Shown one piece after another: positions 49,001 through 56,818 of a stretch of 56,818 nucleotides of DNA (within the stretch, counting starts at the first letter, position 1; every line of letters begins with the position of its first letter). The notes under the pieces were generated by a model, which had not been told where the DNA came from, did no database searches, and saw nothing but the letters and a program-made list of their open reading frames with translations. This stretch comes from a virus (taxonomy: Duplodnaviria; Caudoviricetes). Made by a program: the position numbers and the translations under genes. The stretch is taken from positions 1 through 56,818 of IMG/VR virus record IMGVR_UViG_3300042197_002516. The stretch is one strand, 5' to 3'.

Positions 49001-49714
49001 GGCTGTATTAGTAGATTTACTAAAAATAGAACCAGCATATTTATCTACTATAACATAACATGAATTTAAAATAGATTGTGCGCTATTAACTATAACACTA
49101 TAACTTTTGCCTCCGGTAGATACTGTACGATTCCAAGATTGTACAAAACCTCCGAATCCAAAATTACCCATCCTGAAATACACAGGAGTATCAATAATAT
49201 CATACGCATAACCAGGATGCTGATCCTGACTAGAGCTATTATATGTACCATTTTCCATCATTCGTGTGCGTCTACCAAAAAATCCAGGGTCTGGGCCCGT
49301 CCAGTATCGAGATACTAATCCTGCGGTAGGATCTAATGCATAATATACTTTTCCTGGTAAAATACGGTCTTCTAACTGATGAGTAGTATTATTAAAAGCT
49401 ACACCATCTGGTTTATTAATATAACAAGCATCTCCGGCACAAGTATAATAATGATTATCTGAATATGTTGTTAATCTAGGATTAGCGGCAGCTCTAGATG
49501 TTAAATACTGATCATACATACCAGATCCCGGAGCCGGAGGAGCCGGAGGATCTTTGCCACATCCATAAGCAAAATCGTCTTCTATAAGATTAACTGTTAA
49601 CTGAGATGGTTGATTACCCCAACCTAAGCTAGTATTAAAACTAGAAACGCTAGCTCCTAAAAACAAAGTTTGAGCTATTAGTTTTGGTTCGGTTAAACAC
49701 GGTTTAGGTGGCAT
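43061..49714 (-). CDS. Giant (2217 aa) putative tail/baseplate protein
   Basis: Long ORF in the structural block; N-terminal FLGASV..F...LGW...SQLTVNL hub-like start; two CxxC pairs (CPFC, CDKC). Confidence 0.6.
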   Translation of the reverse strand: MPPKPCLTEPKLIAQTLFLGASVSSFNTSLGWGNQPSQLTVNLIEDDFAYGCGKDPPAPPAPGSGMYDQYLTSRAAANPRLTTYSDNHYYTCAGDACYINKPDGVAFNNTTHQLEDRILPGKVYYALDPTAGLVSRYWTGPDPGFFGRRTRMMENGTYNSSSQDQHPGYAYDIIDTPVYFRMGNFGFGGFVQSWNRTVSTGGKSYSVIVNSAQSILNSCYVIVDKYAGSIFSKSTNTAATNFYGTPKNYVLKAGAEYNLRDISRGVMPNVFNVYGFLESFGVDGFGVARPNDNGVSINRIVDGLIALTSITHDSQQKLDSDLNTSGIFAVKKAFSPFGRIISKCMTREDYETTRQGGSANNLFAPITPAFNEFGVINPQDFTHLVTPGTTIAPNRCQFVLDLADLIYTDDTRTVYKMPDDIRVQGPVISIMDLINIIAEQTGHDVTVDMVPTIYNQRLYHVIKVRAVSRLQQPRSNTIDSTIKLLQCSGYPVSSNTSGKEKNETNSRAMIIGGPQQRLLQIQSYRLAYTQSSFVFDPRNKKFINYFSLKDGPSLYSAPPSLTLTQNYGHGKVRFPNFGSTRNPALIGTVASNGLEATFANIIKDEYEIQKVVSKHWDTNDTVWKSTPELNDGIDIHYGNYNPATKTNHTQAFGTGGIGNARWFPIHLDLICPFFGYVHDSDITLKTSGGSTDSTTSTRDIRPVFFDTWTGQLAVVIRVSELPVMSVNLTRAALESEDATGTDLGKYFPKFPLPYTYQPTAPNTNTAFNSLGVIDGTNVLPPIEYFVLTESEIRAALAGFDNFLVYSLAKTYKPDLIEMVRRAYFVETRKKLVNELGLSAQDAIKEASDQTDWYWKLLGSNIAGDTLYPTVVSPDKNDGSQYIQEKALQDLKIIHRFITEVGKYYGKKYMVHPGNGLQSYRDESLANIAFPTNIGYGYAFSGDGKITYNYEPTNDGAWEEYGNIIDDGIVVGGSEWYNLSDDQGKIKPLLGYNNNYYFDYIRHAKCEASKNTNFATDFAKDGGNPYFSYSAWLALTESKRTNCADSFVFPSLDFNSLGPTDYVVVDQKHSGTTVAPTISSGFIAGNGLTATPLTALTLTNNVKSYDPWNVLIVDPTGTGPSLPPMPRSKLYTSTSVEEGYVFLDPGKLLGARILIDAPGLILNVSTTEHAKDPNRTVLSNIAAEDLIIYLKTTSSLDWDWIRYMLNYITPASYDDANNPHYLGLYTVSSNSSANNVELAPKAAHPFFAGIPIKSNQFVYGPWINYPDVEKLDIYPTGITVSQTNDIPPVCTDVSIYQPTAAEARLAIENLITATDIEVRDDFVPWNYGGTNSLDIVAYKEIESKVNYQSVIETAQIDMPGLPLFDLGGIFSFGGINYDYTVTTGNLTYIDVKKSTETVPDLSYIPGAVLTIGPPPTSTFIYPYTVLDLKANVKPSGGPMISNIQCSVGQQGISTSYSFRTYSRKIGLFNKEESDRIKKINLANLKRNKQIVSIGQELKNVIRNQKKSQDDERLDKSQFGSEELSSKLFGWSPSMVLIGQASPYIAEPSRTPAYVEDFSLNSTTVGFQTRTAAPTAWSIPTIGTDPGDNSLVRNNTNYLTTNTSPTTLKNTGRVTTTVQLYERKEVGSQLDKDYGTQSAMSLDGLLSPISFYPTYKNATFSYSVHMTQNCPFCFGTKVRKLKVAQYDKSGTKAIANQGTVLIVCDKCGAPGEKLNSRIKNNKEIPINLITLNPIVVPYGEFKNTNTQNYSGAHPEGVHDDISSASTGYGGQTRHFRDRMRHCIEIVARGSVPPNQSKYALETSRNLTAYTKHPTDPDLGLNNLDYSRYDAQLFFKMKKLSPSTNRLLHENNQRFFGLRGPLVLHSWGYDADGYPIPNAADEPYAIDVFGRPKRFKLKIVRKAQVKYKTLSDGDMFELSSQQNTIFSKSLNNENLPIAWANLTRQAIMDTMVIPVFLEDDLSVDGGFEPENNTTTLPTSLDYTSGYKGSIISKTQKFINNRWTPKYRLKEFYLNWAERPDLWKVGPIDLTWDDDRKLWTAGQGCGEENPPFVVTNTNDIDTIDEFLSYKRESKCPYRDIYVTLEEDLVKQPDYDETYATRAFIDDMEFSKQPLQAGYRRLVYVKDKCGYCAPMGTKLLCRYNKFTGFYEPLTKPVIIAKGVTSSATQANLTLQYIQGRRSVNAPVLNVGFDNPMGFTVSSGKNAMFTFINGKWTLTAIKE

Positions 49715-49715
49715 T

Positions 49716-51767
49716 TTAATGATCCATCCAGTTCTTATCGTTGCTGCATTGTTGATATGTCCAACTAACAGTTTTTACAAATCTTCCATTAGTTGGTTCC
49801 CACGTAACATTATCCCCTTTAACGAATACTTGTCCTCTTGCTCCTATTTGACCTTGACTACGACCAACTGTTGGTGTACCAAACATATAATCTGGTCTAT
49901 CACCGAATGGCTTTAATCCTTCGATAATGCCAGTAATAGTTTTAAAAACGGTACCACCTGTCCATAGGGGACAGTCATTATTTTGCATAAAGAATCCCTT
50001 TAATGATGACGGTGGTACTACAAGCACTTCGATACTAACCTCTTTGGTGCTAGATGTTTTGGTTCCTAAGTTTTGTAGTATTGGTCCCAACGCTCGACCC
50101 AACACGAATGCTTCTCCAATAACATCTGTTGGTCCGGTATCAGACATGGTAATATTTTCGCTAATAACACCGCTAATGATAGTAAACTTATTATTAAATT
50201 CATAACTATATGTTATGGTGCCTTTGCGAGGATCATGTCCTTCTGATGTACTTACTGGTACTATATTCAATAGTCCTAGAGTAGAATACATAGGATTATT
50301 AGGCGGTGGCTGAGGATTAACAGTAGCGGGAATGTAGGGCACAGTACGATCCTTGCTATTCATTACCAAGCAAGCTCTACGATATAGATATGGCTTAATA
50401 TCATTTAACCATCCACTAGCCGCATTTTCATATTTACTACCATAAAAATTATTAGTTGTGGGAGAATCCTGTCCTCCAACATCTAAAAGCTTTTGATTTC
50501 CTCCTGGTAATGCTCCACTAATTAGTCCACTACTATATGTTAGATCCAATCTAGTAGGAGCTACCTCATTTATCAAACCTGGATTACCAGTTAATGCTGC
50601 TGGTGATACCATACTCAGGCCCTTAATTTCTCCTTGTACTCTAACAGTGTGTATATACTTTTCGTCTGTAGACATTTCTACACTATAATCCTCTACATAC
50701 TTAATACCTGTAGGCATAGCCAACCATGTATCTGTCACTTCATATTTGGCTTCGGTAATACTAAAATTAATAGATCTTAAATGATTATATAGAAAACCTC
50801 CACCGGATAAATGTGGCCATGGAGCCGTTATATTGTTGCTGGGAGCGGTTGGTCCAATCGCTATTAAACCAGTTACTGAAGCCGGATTAGCCGCTTGTCC
50901 AGGATATGTAGAATAACTACCGACACCGTAACTTAATCGATAGTCTACCCATTTTTTTGCATTTAGATATGTAGAATACTGAGCAAAATTACCTGATCCA
51001 GAAGGTACACCGATAGCACTAACTGTACGAGATACTTTGAATTGAGGTATAGATATTATGTCTAAATCAACATCTACGGCGGGAGTAGCTCCTTGTCCAT
51101 TATTACCGGCAGAACTAGATCCTGCTGGTTGAGGACTACCAGCACTCGGAGCTGTTGGCTTCATATTTGGATTATGATATTCTTGTTTTTGTCTAACTTT
51201 GGTTCTGTACGCAGAATAAGTATACTCCTCTAAGGGTTCAATGTTCCATGAATCTACTGTTCCTTTTACTGAAAAACCAGATATTGCCGATTCATTTGCT
51301 TCTAATACTATGGTATAGTCTGCTGTGGTAACCCAATTATCATCTGTTTTAGAAAAATCCATACTCATAACACGCACGCCGGTAGCAGCAAAAATCTGTC
51401 CCGGAGGCTGATTAGACGATGGCGCACCAGCGCATGTTATAGATAACACACCAAAATCATTTTGTATAAATAATGATTTAAGCTGATTAATACCAGTAAC
51501 AACTGGAGTTACTCCACTACCAAACGTTGTTAAAGTACCAGGATTTCCTGTTCGTACAATTTTACCAGTTAGTGTAATCTTTGTGGTAAGTACTTCTGCT
51601 CCTCCTGCGGCATTTCTTTCTGTAGTATAGCTAATATCAACAAATGGTGTTGGACCAGCTATTTCATGAATACCAGATCCGTTCCAGCGTACTGCTACTG
51701 CGGGTTGAGGCGAACCGCCCGTCTGTGCTGTAAATCTTGTATTTAAAATATCCGAAGAATATACCAT
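49716..51767 (-). CDS. Putative tail structural protein (683 aa)
   Basis: Beta-rich repeated patterns (ITLTG, V.RTVSA.G, GTITYSYEF); structural-gene context. Confidence 0.6.
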   Translation of the reverse strand: MVYSSDILNTRFTAQTGGSPQPAVAVRWNGSGIHEIAGPTPFVDISYTTERNAAGGAEVLTTKITLTGKIVRTGNPGTLTTFGSGVTPVVTGINQLKSLFIQNDFGVLSITCAGAPSSNQPPGQIFAATGVRVMSMDFSKTDDNWVTTADYTIVLEANESAISGFSVKGTVDSWNIEPLEEYTYSAYRTKVRQKQEYHNPNMKPTAPSAGSPQPAGSSSAGNNGQGATPAVDVDLDIISIPQFKVSRTVSAIGVPSGSGNFAQYSTYLNAKKWVDYRLSYGVGSYSTYPGQAANPASVTGLIAIGPTAPSNNITAPWPHLSGGGFLYNHLRSINFSITEAKYEVTDTWLAMPTGIKYVEDYSVEMSTDEKYIHTVRVQGEIKGLSMVSPAALTGNPGLINEVAPTRLDLTYSSGLISGALPGGNQKLLDVGGQDSPTTNNFYGSKYENAASGWLNDIKPYLYRRACLVMNSKDRTVPYIPATVNPQPPPNNPMYSTLGLLNIVPVSTSEGHDPRKGTITYSYEFNNKFTIISGVISENITMSDTGPTDVIGEAFVLGRALGPILQNLGTKTSSTKEVSIEVLVVPPSSLKGFFMQNNDCPLWTGGTVFKTITGIIEGLKPFGDRPDYMFGTPTVGRSQGQIGARGQVFVKGDNVTWEPTNGRFVKTVSWTYQQCSNDKNWMDH

Positions 51768-51788
51768 ACTAATGTCCTATAAATATCC

Positions 51789-53225
51789 TTAGACTGATCT
51801 ACTAACTGTGGGGGTTGGTGTTGGAGTGGGCGTAGGAGTTTGACTAGCTAAATTATTTTCAAATAACATGAAAGAATTAGGTACTATCTTACCATCAAAT
51901 AAAAATCCTTTATATATTATTTTAATTTCGTCATTAGCATAAACTTGATCTTGATAGATCAATTGACCAATACTAATAGGAGCACATAAACTTTTTGATG
52001 GTGTAGGAGTAACTGTTCTAGTTGGACTAATGGATGGTGTTGGCGTTCTGGTGGCCGTAGGAGTACGAGTCGGAGTTAATGTCATAGACAGTGACGGAGT
52101 AATACTAGGAGTTAAAGATCTAGTTGGCGTTACTGAACGAGTTATAGTAACAGATGGGGTAGGACTTCGTGTTAGTGTGATCGTAGGAGTAGGAGTTGGC
52201 GTAGATGTTCGTGTAGGGGTTAAAGTAGGACTTAATGATACAGTAATAGACGGGGTGGGGGTTAAGCTGGATGTTGGAGTAGCAGTGGGTGTGACTGTTC
52301 TTGTAGGAGTTGGACTAATGCATACGTTAGGAGTTCCCCATGTATTATTAGGAGTACCGGTACTATCGCTAACTACAGAATCGGGCATAATATCGGACAT
52401 AGTAGAGTATGTCCAATAACCTGGACTGCCATTTTTGTTGGGATCAAAATAAGCAGCTTTATACCATTCGTTTTCATTTGGTAACCAATAAGAATCTTTA
52501 TTTAGTGGTGACGGTTTTGGTCCTCCAGTAGCAAAATTATTTAATTGATATACGCCACTCTCTGTAGTACTTGGACCAGGTAATCCTACCGGTTTGTTAT
52601 TGTATAACCAATTAATATATCTAACAACATTAAACCAATTAATAAAGTTAACTGGCTTATCTCCCATATTTGGTAAAACAGTATAGGTATAAGAGGTTGT
52701 AGAAGAACCGGATCTACTAATACCTCCTCGTTGTCTGCTATCTCCCATCTGAGAGACCCATAATCCTAAAGGACGAGAACTAGTACCAACAGAGTTTAAA
52801 AATTCAGCATATTCATTATTAGTTACAGGATATTTTTTAATTTGATAATTATAATTTACACTACCAAAATTATTATTACTAGTATCAGCTATATTATTAG
52901 CATTACCAATTAAAACATAGTTAACGCTATCTATAAAATCAGCAGTTTTAGCTAAACGAAAGCCCACATCTCCACTTTTTAGGTCTAAAGTAGCTACTCC
53001 GAAAGAGGTTTTTGCTATCATTGATTGTGAAGACTGATAGGACCCTCCTCTGTATATAGAGAAACCACCACTAAAACTATCTAGTAATTCGTTAATATTG
53101 CCAGTTTGATCATAAGTCCCATAATAACTAGATCTTCCATTAGACCCTACAGTTGTAAGATTACCATCCACAGAATTCCAGTCTGCTGTATTATTATAAT
53201 TAGCACTATTACAAGATGTTAACAT
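51789..53225 (-). CDS. Circularly permuted FGE-sulfatase (SUMF1/CLec fold) protein with a Thr/Pro linker; putative receptor-binding or decoration protein
   Basis: YGTYDQTGN, RGGSY and GFRLA come before GN..DT, YPVTN.EY..FLN, KPV..INW and LP.ENEWYKAAY; AAGGA SD. Confidence 0.85.
   Translation of the reverse strand: MLTSCNSANYNNTADWNSVDGNLTTVGSNGRSSYYGTYDQTGNINELLDSFSGGFSIYRGGSYQSSQSMIAKTSFGVATLDLKSGDVGFRLAKTADFIDSVNYVLIGNANNIADTSNNNFGSVNYNYQIKKYPVTNNEYAEFLNSVGTSSRPLGLWVSQMGDSRQRGGISRSGSSTTSYTYTVLPNMGDKPVNFINWFNVVRYINWLYNNKPVGLPGPSTTESGVYQLNNFATGGPKPSPLNKDSYWLPNENEWYKAAYFDPNKNGSPGYWTYSTMSDIMPDSVVSDSTGTPNNTWGTPNVCISPTPTRTVTPTATPTSSLTPTPSITVSLSPTLTPTRTSTPTPTPTITLTRSPTPSVTITRSVTPTRSLTPSITPSLSMTLTPTRTPTATRTPTPSISPTRTVTPTPSKSLCAPISIGQLIYQDQVYANDEIKIIYKGFLFDGKIVPNSFMLFENNLASQTPTPTPTPTPTVSRSV
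52039..52133. repeat. 95-bp block identical to 56664-56758
   Basis: gttggcgttctggtggcc...gatctagttggcgttac matches base for base. Confidence 0.92.
52273..52310. repeat. 38-bp block identical to 56448-56485
   Basis: gttggagtagcagtgggtgtgactgttcttgtaggagt occurs at both places. Confidence 0.9.
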
Positions 53226-53278
53226 TATTAATCCTTTTTTACAAACAAATCAATATTATATTAAACTATATGATTATA

Positions 53279-56200
53279 TTAGCAAGGTTGTACACCAGTA
53301 GCTGTACGATAAATCCAAGCCAAATACTGCTCGTTAGTGCATAATTGCTCTAGTACTTGATAACCTTCTCCAATCATCAAGGTCTTAAATTGATCTACAG
53401 CGGTACCTACTGTTGCTCTCCTCATACTACCACTATCATCTATAAAAATGACTATTCTTATTGGTTGTGAAGAAGACGGCGTTGGCATAGTAGTCCATAT
53501 GGATTCCTTTTTACTTTTAATAAAATTACCAGTTAAAGTTTGTCCAGCCACGGGACAGCTAGGAGCTCCTCTAGGAGTATCCACAATATTAGTTAATGGA
53601 ATAGGCATAGCGGGATTTGCATTAGATGGAAATATACCCATAGTCTGACAACTATTTAGTCTAACATGAAATAAAATAATTTTAGACGGATCATATCCTT
53701 GAGTTTGAATTAGACTATTAAAGTTATTAACGTCAGTAGTCCATGTTCCTGTACTAGTATTATAAACCGGGTCGCTTTCATCAATAAATACCATGATATA
53801 ATCTTGAGCATTAATAATGCTTGATGCTGGAGACGGGGTTGGGGTACGAGTAGGAGTCGGACTTAGTGACGGAATTGGAGTAGTAGTTACTGTTGGTGTC
53901 ACAGTTCGTGTTGGAGTATTAGTAGGAGTAACTGATCGAGTGGGAGTAGTAGGAAGAGTTTTGGTTGGTGTTGGTGTGCGTGTTACATTACAAACTCCAT
54001 GATTATTACAAATTACAGAATAAGTAGTATCAGAATTAATATTAGAAGAATAATGAACAATTTCATTGTTATTAGCTAAAACTTTAACATTTAATGACCA
54101 TGATGTGATAATTTTATGTTTCTTAATTAGTAAAGGAATAGATAATGACTCTGCTGATGCTTTAAATGAATAACTATATTTATCCAAATATATATTATAT
54201 GGGCTTAGTTTGTCTACAGAAAATAAAACAGTATATTCTGTATCAGGAATAAGCTCATCAAGCTGTATGAAAATAGAATCAGAAGTATACTCCCACGGAC
54301 CTATACCATATTCGTCTACATCAGAACATCCTGGTTCATCGTCACTCTGAGTAGCATAATTCCAATATCCACTATTTAATCCTGATCCTTTATAAAAAGC
54401 TGCTTTATACATTTCATTAAATAAAGGAAGATAATAAGCTCCAGATGGATTTGTTACTATTAAATTTTCATTATTACATCTATTAATTCTAATATTTGAT
54501 ATATATGCACCAGAGTTATCTACAGCACAATCAACATCGTTCATAGTTAAATATAATCTTCCATTAGCAGCAATTCTACTATTAGTATAATTAGTTCCTA
54601 CTAAAAATGGAGATCCATTTTCTCCAATTTTGCCTATCAAAGCAAAATTAGGTAATGATTCTGCTCCATCCATTTTGCAGTTGTCTGAACTTGAAAGAAT
54701 GAGACCCGTTGGAGAAGATACTGCATTTGGGTTTGATGACCACCTTATAGTACCAGATGATAATATATCTACATCATCATTAGTATTAATATCAATTAAT
54801 GTATCTACCCACGTTAACAAATTTCCGCTAATTGTTATCTGCTTATTTGTGTATAGTTCATAAACTCCAGAGTCCGTATTTCTAGTATTGAAATCTGATA
54901 CTTTATTATGTAACCAATTACAATATCTAGCTGCCATAAACCAATTGATACCAACAACTGGTTTGTCATTCATGTTTTCTTTTACTCTATATTTAGATCC
55001 AAAGTCTTGATATTCGTCATATATTATGCCGTTATTATAAGAATTGACAGCAGAATATACCTTCTCTGGGTATACTACTGGCTGACCAAAACCGTTTGTA
55101 ATGGTAGATGACTGATAAAAAGTTCCACTAGGATCAACAATGTTCAGATATTTAGCATAGTCTTGATTAGTAACTTCTAATCGATTAATGAGATACTCAT
55201 GATCTACACCTCCAACTGTTTTAATTGTAGATCCAGCCAAATCTTTTAATCCTATAGTTCTAGCATTAGCATTAAATATTATAGGCGTAGTATTGCCTAT
55301 ATCATTATCTATGTCTATAGTGTACCAATTGCCGGTGCTTGTGTCATGTCCGTATAGAGTATTATTTGCAAAAGAGATCTGTAGTCCAGTATTACTCACG
55401 CCTCCGTGAATAGTGCCACTGACTAACAGTGTTGGATTATGATAAGGTGGCACTGTATTTTCATTTAAATTAATACCATATAATAAACCTTGTTGGGTTA
55501 TGCCATAAAGCATTCCTTCATATATAGCAATGTCATTTACATCATTATTGATTCCCAATCCCATAGGCACTGTCCATTTTTCATAGCCAGTAGCACACGG
55601 GATGCCAGACAAACTAGAGATATTAATCTTATATATATCGTCTGTTTGATTATCAAAATACCAATAACCGTTGTTATAATATGATGCATTAGTGATCGAT
55701 CCGGATAAGTATGCCGATCCGGAGATAACTGGTTGTGGGAGTTCTTGAGTATTTGTATTAGTATTTATTTTACTAAAATATAATCCTGATGGCGAGACAC
55801 CATCTCCATTATAGTGGTAATATAACGTATTGTTGTCATATGCTAATGCGTCTACGAAATCTAGATTTAAGAAAGAATTATGAGTTAAAGTATTAGAAGC
55901 CAGCTTAGTATTAGGATTAATGCCCCAAATATTATTATTTACATCAATACCATATATATTACTATCATTAAATCCATAGGGAGCATTACCCGTATCTGCT
56001 ATTCTAGTAAAATTAGATAAAGAGAGAGGATTATTTTTAGAAGCTAATCTGAAACCAACATGATCTAAGCAACTATATGAACTATATGTTCCTGGCACTA
56101 CTCCATAATTATTATGTATATAATCTTTAGATATACGATTAGCAGCATCCATATAAGATCCACCAAACAGTAAATAAGTATATGCGTCATACGAGCCGTG

Positions 56201-56818
56201 AACAAAACCAATCTGATCCGATGTCCATTCCCAAACATTTCCGCTCATATCAAAGGTTCCATATGAACTAGGACCGCCATTATAACCTACTGATGAAACA
56301 TTTGTAGATCCCTGCCATTCCACACATCTATTATAGTTAGCCTTGTTTAAATTATCGATATCTAAGCCTGGCAATAAAATATTTAGGCTTGGCGTTGGCG
56401 TGGGTGAAGATGTGATAGTAGGAGTCGCAGTTGGCGTTACAGTATTCGTTGGAGTAGCAGTGGGTGTGACTGTTCTTGTAGGAGTAATAGTTGGCGTTAC
56501 AGTATTTGTTGGAGTAATAGTTGGCGTTACAGTATTTGTTGGAGTAATAGTTGGCGTTACAGTATTTGTAGGAGTAGGAGTCGGAGTTAATGTCATAGAC
56601 AGTGACGGAGTAATACTAGGAGTTAAAGATCTAGTTGGCGTTACAGTATTTGTTGGAGTAATAGTTGGCGTTCTGGTGGCCGTAGGAGTACGAGTCGGAG
56701 TTAATGTCATAGACAGTGACGGAGTAATACTAGGAGTTAAAGATCTAGTTGGCGTTACAGTATTTGTTGGAGTAATAGTTGGCGTTCTGGTGGCCGTAGG
56801 AGTACGAGTCGGAGTTAA
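53279..56818 (-). CDS. 5'-truncated multidomain adhesin-like protein: Thr/Pro repeats, permuted FGE domain with propeller-like and LecA-like insertions, Thr/Pro linker, vWA-like C-terminus
   Basis: The frame stays open past 56710 to the window end. Motifs: [38 protein letters not shown]; W.DT.I...SG...ALIGKIG...PF.VG...GRLYL..ND...DNSG; FIDDSGSM. Confidence 0.85.
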   Translation of the reverse strand, partial: LTPTRTPTATRTPTITPTNTVTPTRSLTPSITPSLSMTLTPTRTPTATRTPTITPTNTVTPTRSLTPSITPSLSMTLTPTPTPTNTVTPTITPTNTVTPTITPTNTVTPTITPTRTVTPTATPTNTVTPTATPTITSSPTPTPSLNILLPGLDIDNLNKANYNRCVEWQGSTNVSSVGYNGGPSSYGTFDMSGNVWEWTSDQIGFVHGSYDAYTYLLFGGSYMDAANRISKDYIHNNYGVVPGTYSSYSCLDHVGFRLASKNNPLSLSNFTRIADTGNAPYGFNDSNIYGIDVNNNIWGINPNTKLASNTLTHNSFLNLDFVDALAYDNNTLYYHYNGDGVSPSGLYFSKINTNTNTQELPQPVISGSAYLSGSITNASYYNNGYWYFDNQTDDIYKINISSLSGIPCATGYEKWTVPMGLGINNDVNDIAIYEGMLYGITQQGLLYGINLNENTVPPYHNPTLLVSGTIHGGVSNTGLQISFANNTLYGHDTSTGNWYTIDIDNDIGNTTPIIFNANARTIGLKDLAGSTIKTVGGVDHEYLINRLEVTNQDYAKYLNIVDPSGTFYQSSTITNGFGQPVVYPEKVYSAVNSYNNGIIYDEYQDFGSKYRVKENMNDKPVVGINWFMAARYCNWLHNKVSDFNTRNTDSGVYELYTNKQITISGNLLTWVDTLIDINTNDDVDILSSGTIRWSSNPNAVSSPTGLILSSSDNCKMDGAESLPNFALIGKIGENGSPFLVGTNYTNSRIAANGRLYLTMNDVDCAVDNSGAYISNIRINRCNNENLIVTNPSGAYYLPLFNEMYKAAFYKGSGLNSGYWNYATQSDDEPGCSDVDEYGIGPWEYTSDSIFIQLDELIPDTEYTVLFSVDKLSPYNIYLDKYSYSFKASAESLSIPLLIKKHKIITSWSLNVKVLANNNEIVHYSSNINSDTTYSVICNNHGVCNVTRTPTPTKTLPTTPTRSVTPTNTPTRTVTPTVTTTPIPSLSPTPTRTPTPSPASSIINAQDYIMVFIDESDPVYNTSTGTWTTDVNNFNSLIQTQGYDPSKIILFHVRLNSCQTMGIFPSNANPAMPIPLTNIVDTPRGAPSCPVAGQTLTGNFIKSKKESIWTTMPTPSSSQPIRIVIFIDDSGSMRRATVGTAVDQFKTLMIGEGYQVLEQLCTNEQYLAWIYRTATGVQPC
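56481..56570. repeat. 30-bp tandem repeat, 3 copies ([10 protein letters not shown] unit)
   Basis: ggagtaatagttggcgttacagtatttgtt x3, with the last base differing in the third copy. Confidence 0.92.
56578..56818. repeat. Perfect 114-bp (38-codon) tandem repeat, about 2.1 copies, running off the window
   Basis: 56581 matches 56695 and 56664 matches 56778; period 114. Confidence 0.92.

Noticed and set aside
34440-55684. Short plus-strand ORFs over the structural genes, including Val/Gly-rich 52030-52419 and 53817-54002
   Set aside because: These are shadow frames; the Val/Gly repeats are simply the reverse complement of the Thr/Pro codons.
51789-56818. Diversity-generating retroelement targeting the FGE/CLec domains
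   Set aside because: No reverse transcriptase in the window. The two GGSY-GFRLA regions are not a near-identical pair differing at adenines, and the shared repeats lie in the linkers and are fully identical. A DGR elsewhere in the genome cannot be excluded.
56400-56818. CRISPR array
   Set aside because: The repeats are contiguous, in-frame coding units with no unique spacers.
1-56818. Stop-codon reassignment as seen in some large phages
   Set aside because: Genes are full length in the standard code, and TAA, TAG and TGA all end well-supported genes.

Overview
AT-rich (roughly 30% GC by eye), gene-dense segment of a large tailed dsDNA phage genome. It uses the standard genetic code. I saw no tRNA, rRNA, CRISPR array, integrase or reverse transcriptase. 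The + strand (1-34549) carries, in order: three glycosyltransferases; a small scar region (truncated dCMP deaminase under a perfect sigma70 promoter, then a ~60% GC foreign island); a membrane-protein/papain-like protease cassette; nucleotide metabolism genes (dCMP deaminase, class I RNR with class Id-like ligands, dUTPase); PhoH and HNH; a replication/recombination block (RecA, DnaB, DnaG, dNMP kinase, Cas4/AddB-like nuclease, a DnaE split into two intein-less genes around a DEDDh exonuclease, SSB); and a seven-gene glycosylation-like operon in which only the first enzyme keeps canonical catalytic motifs. The convergent - strand (34556-56818) encodes very large, probably virion, proteins. Two of these have a circularly permuted FGE-sulfatase (C-type lectin fold) domain on mucin-like Thr/Pro stalks that share identical DNA blocks; the larger also has nested propeller-like and LecA-like domains plus a vWA-like domain. 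Several weak clues point to a Planctomycetota/PVC host (inference only). All family assignments come from motif recognition by eye; no searches were run.
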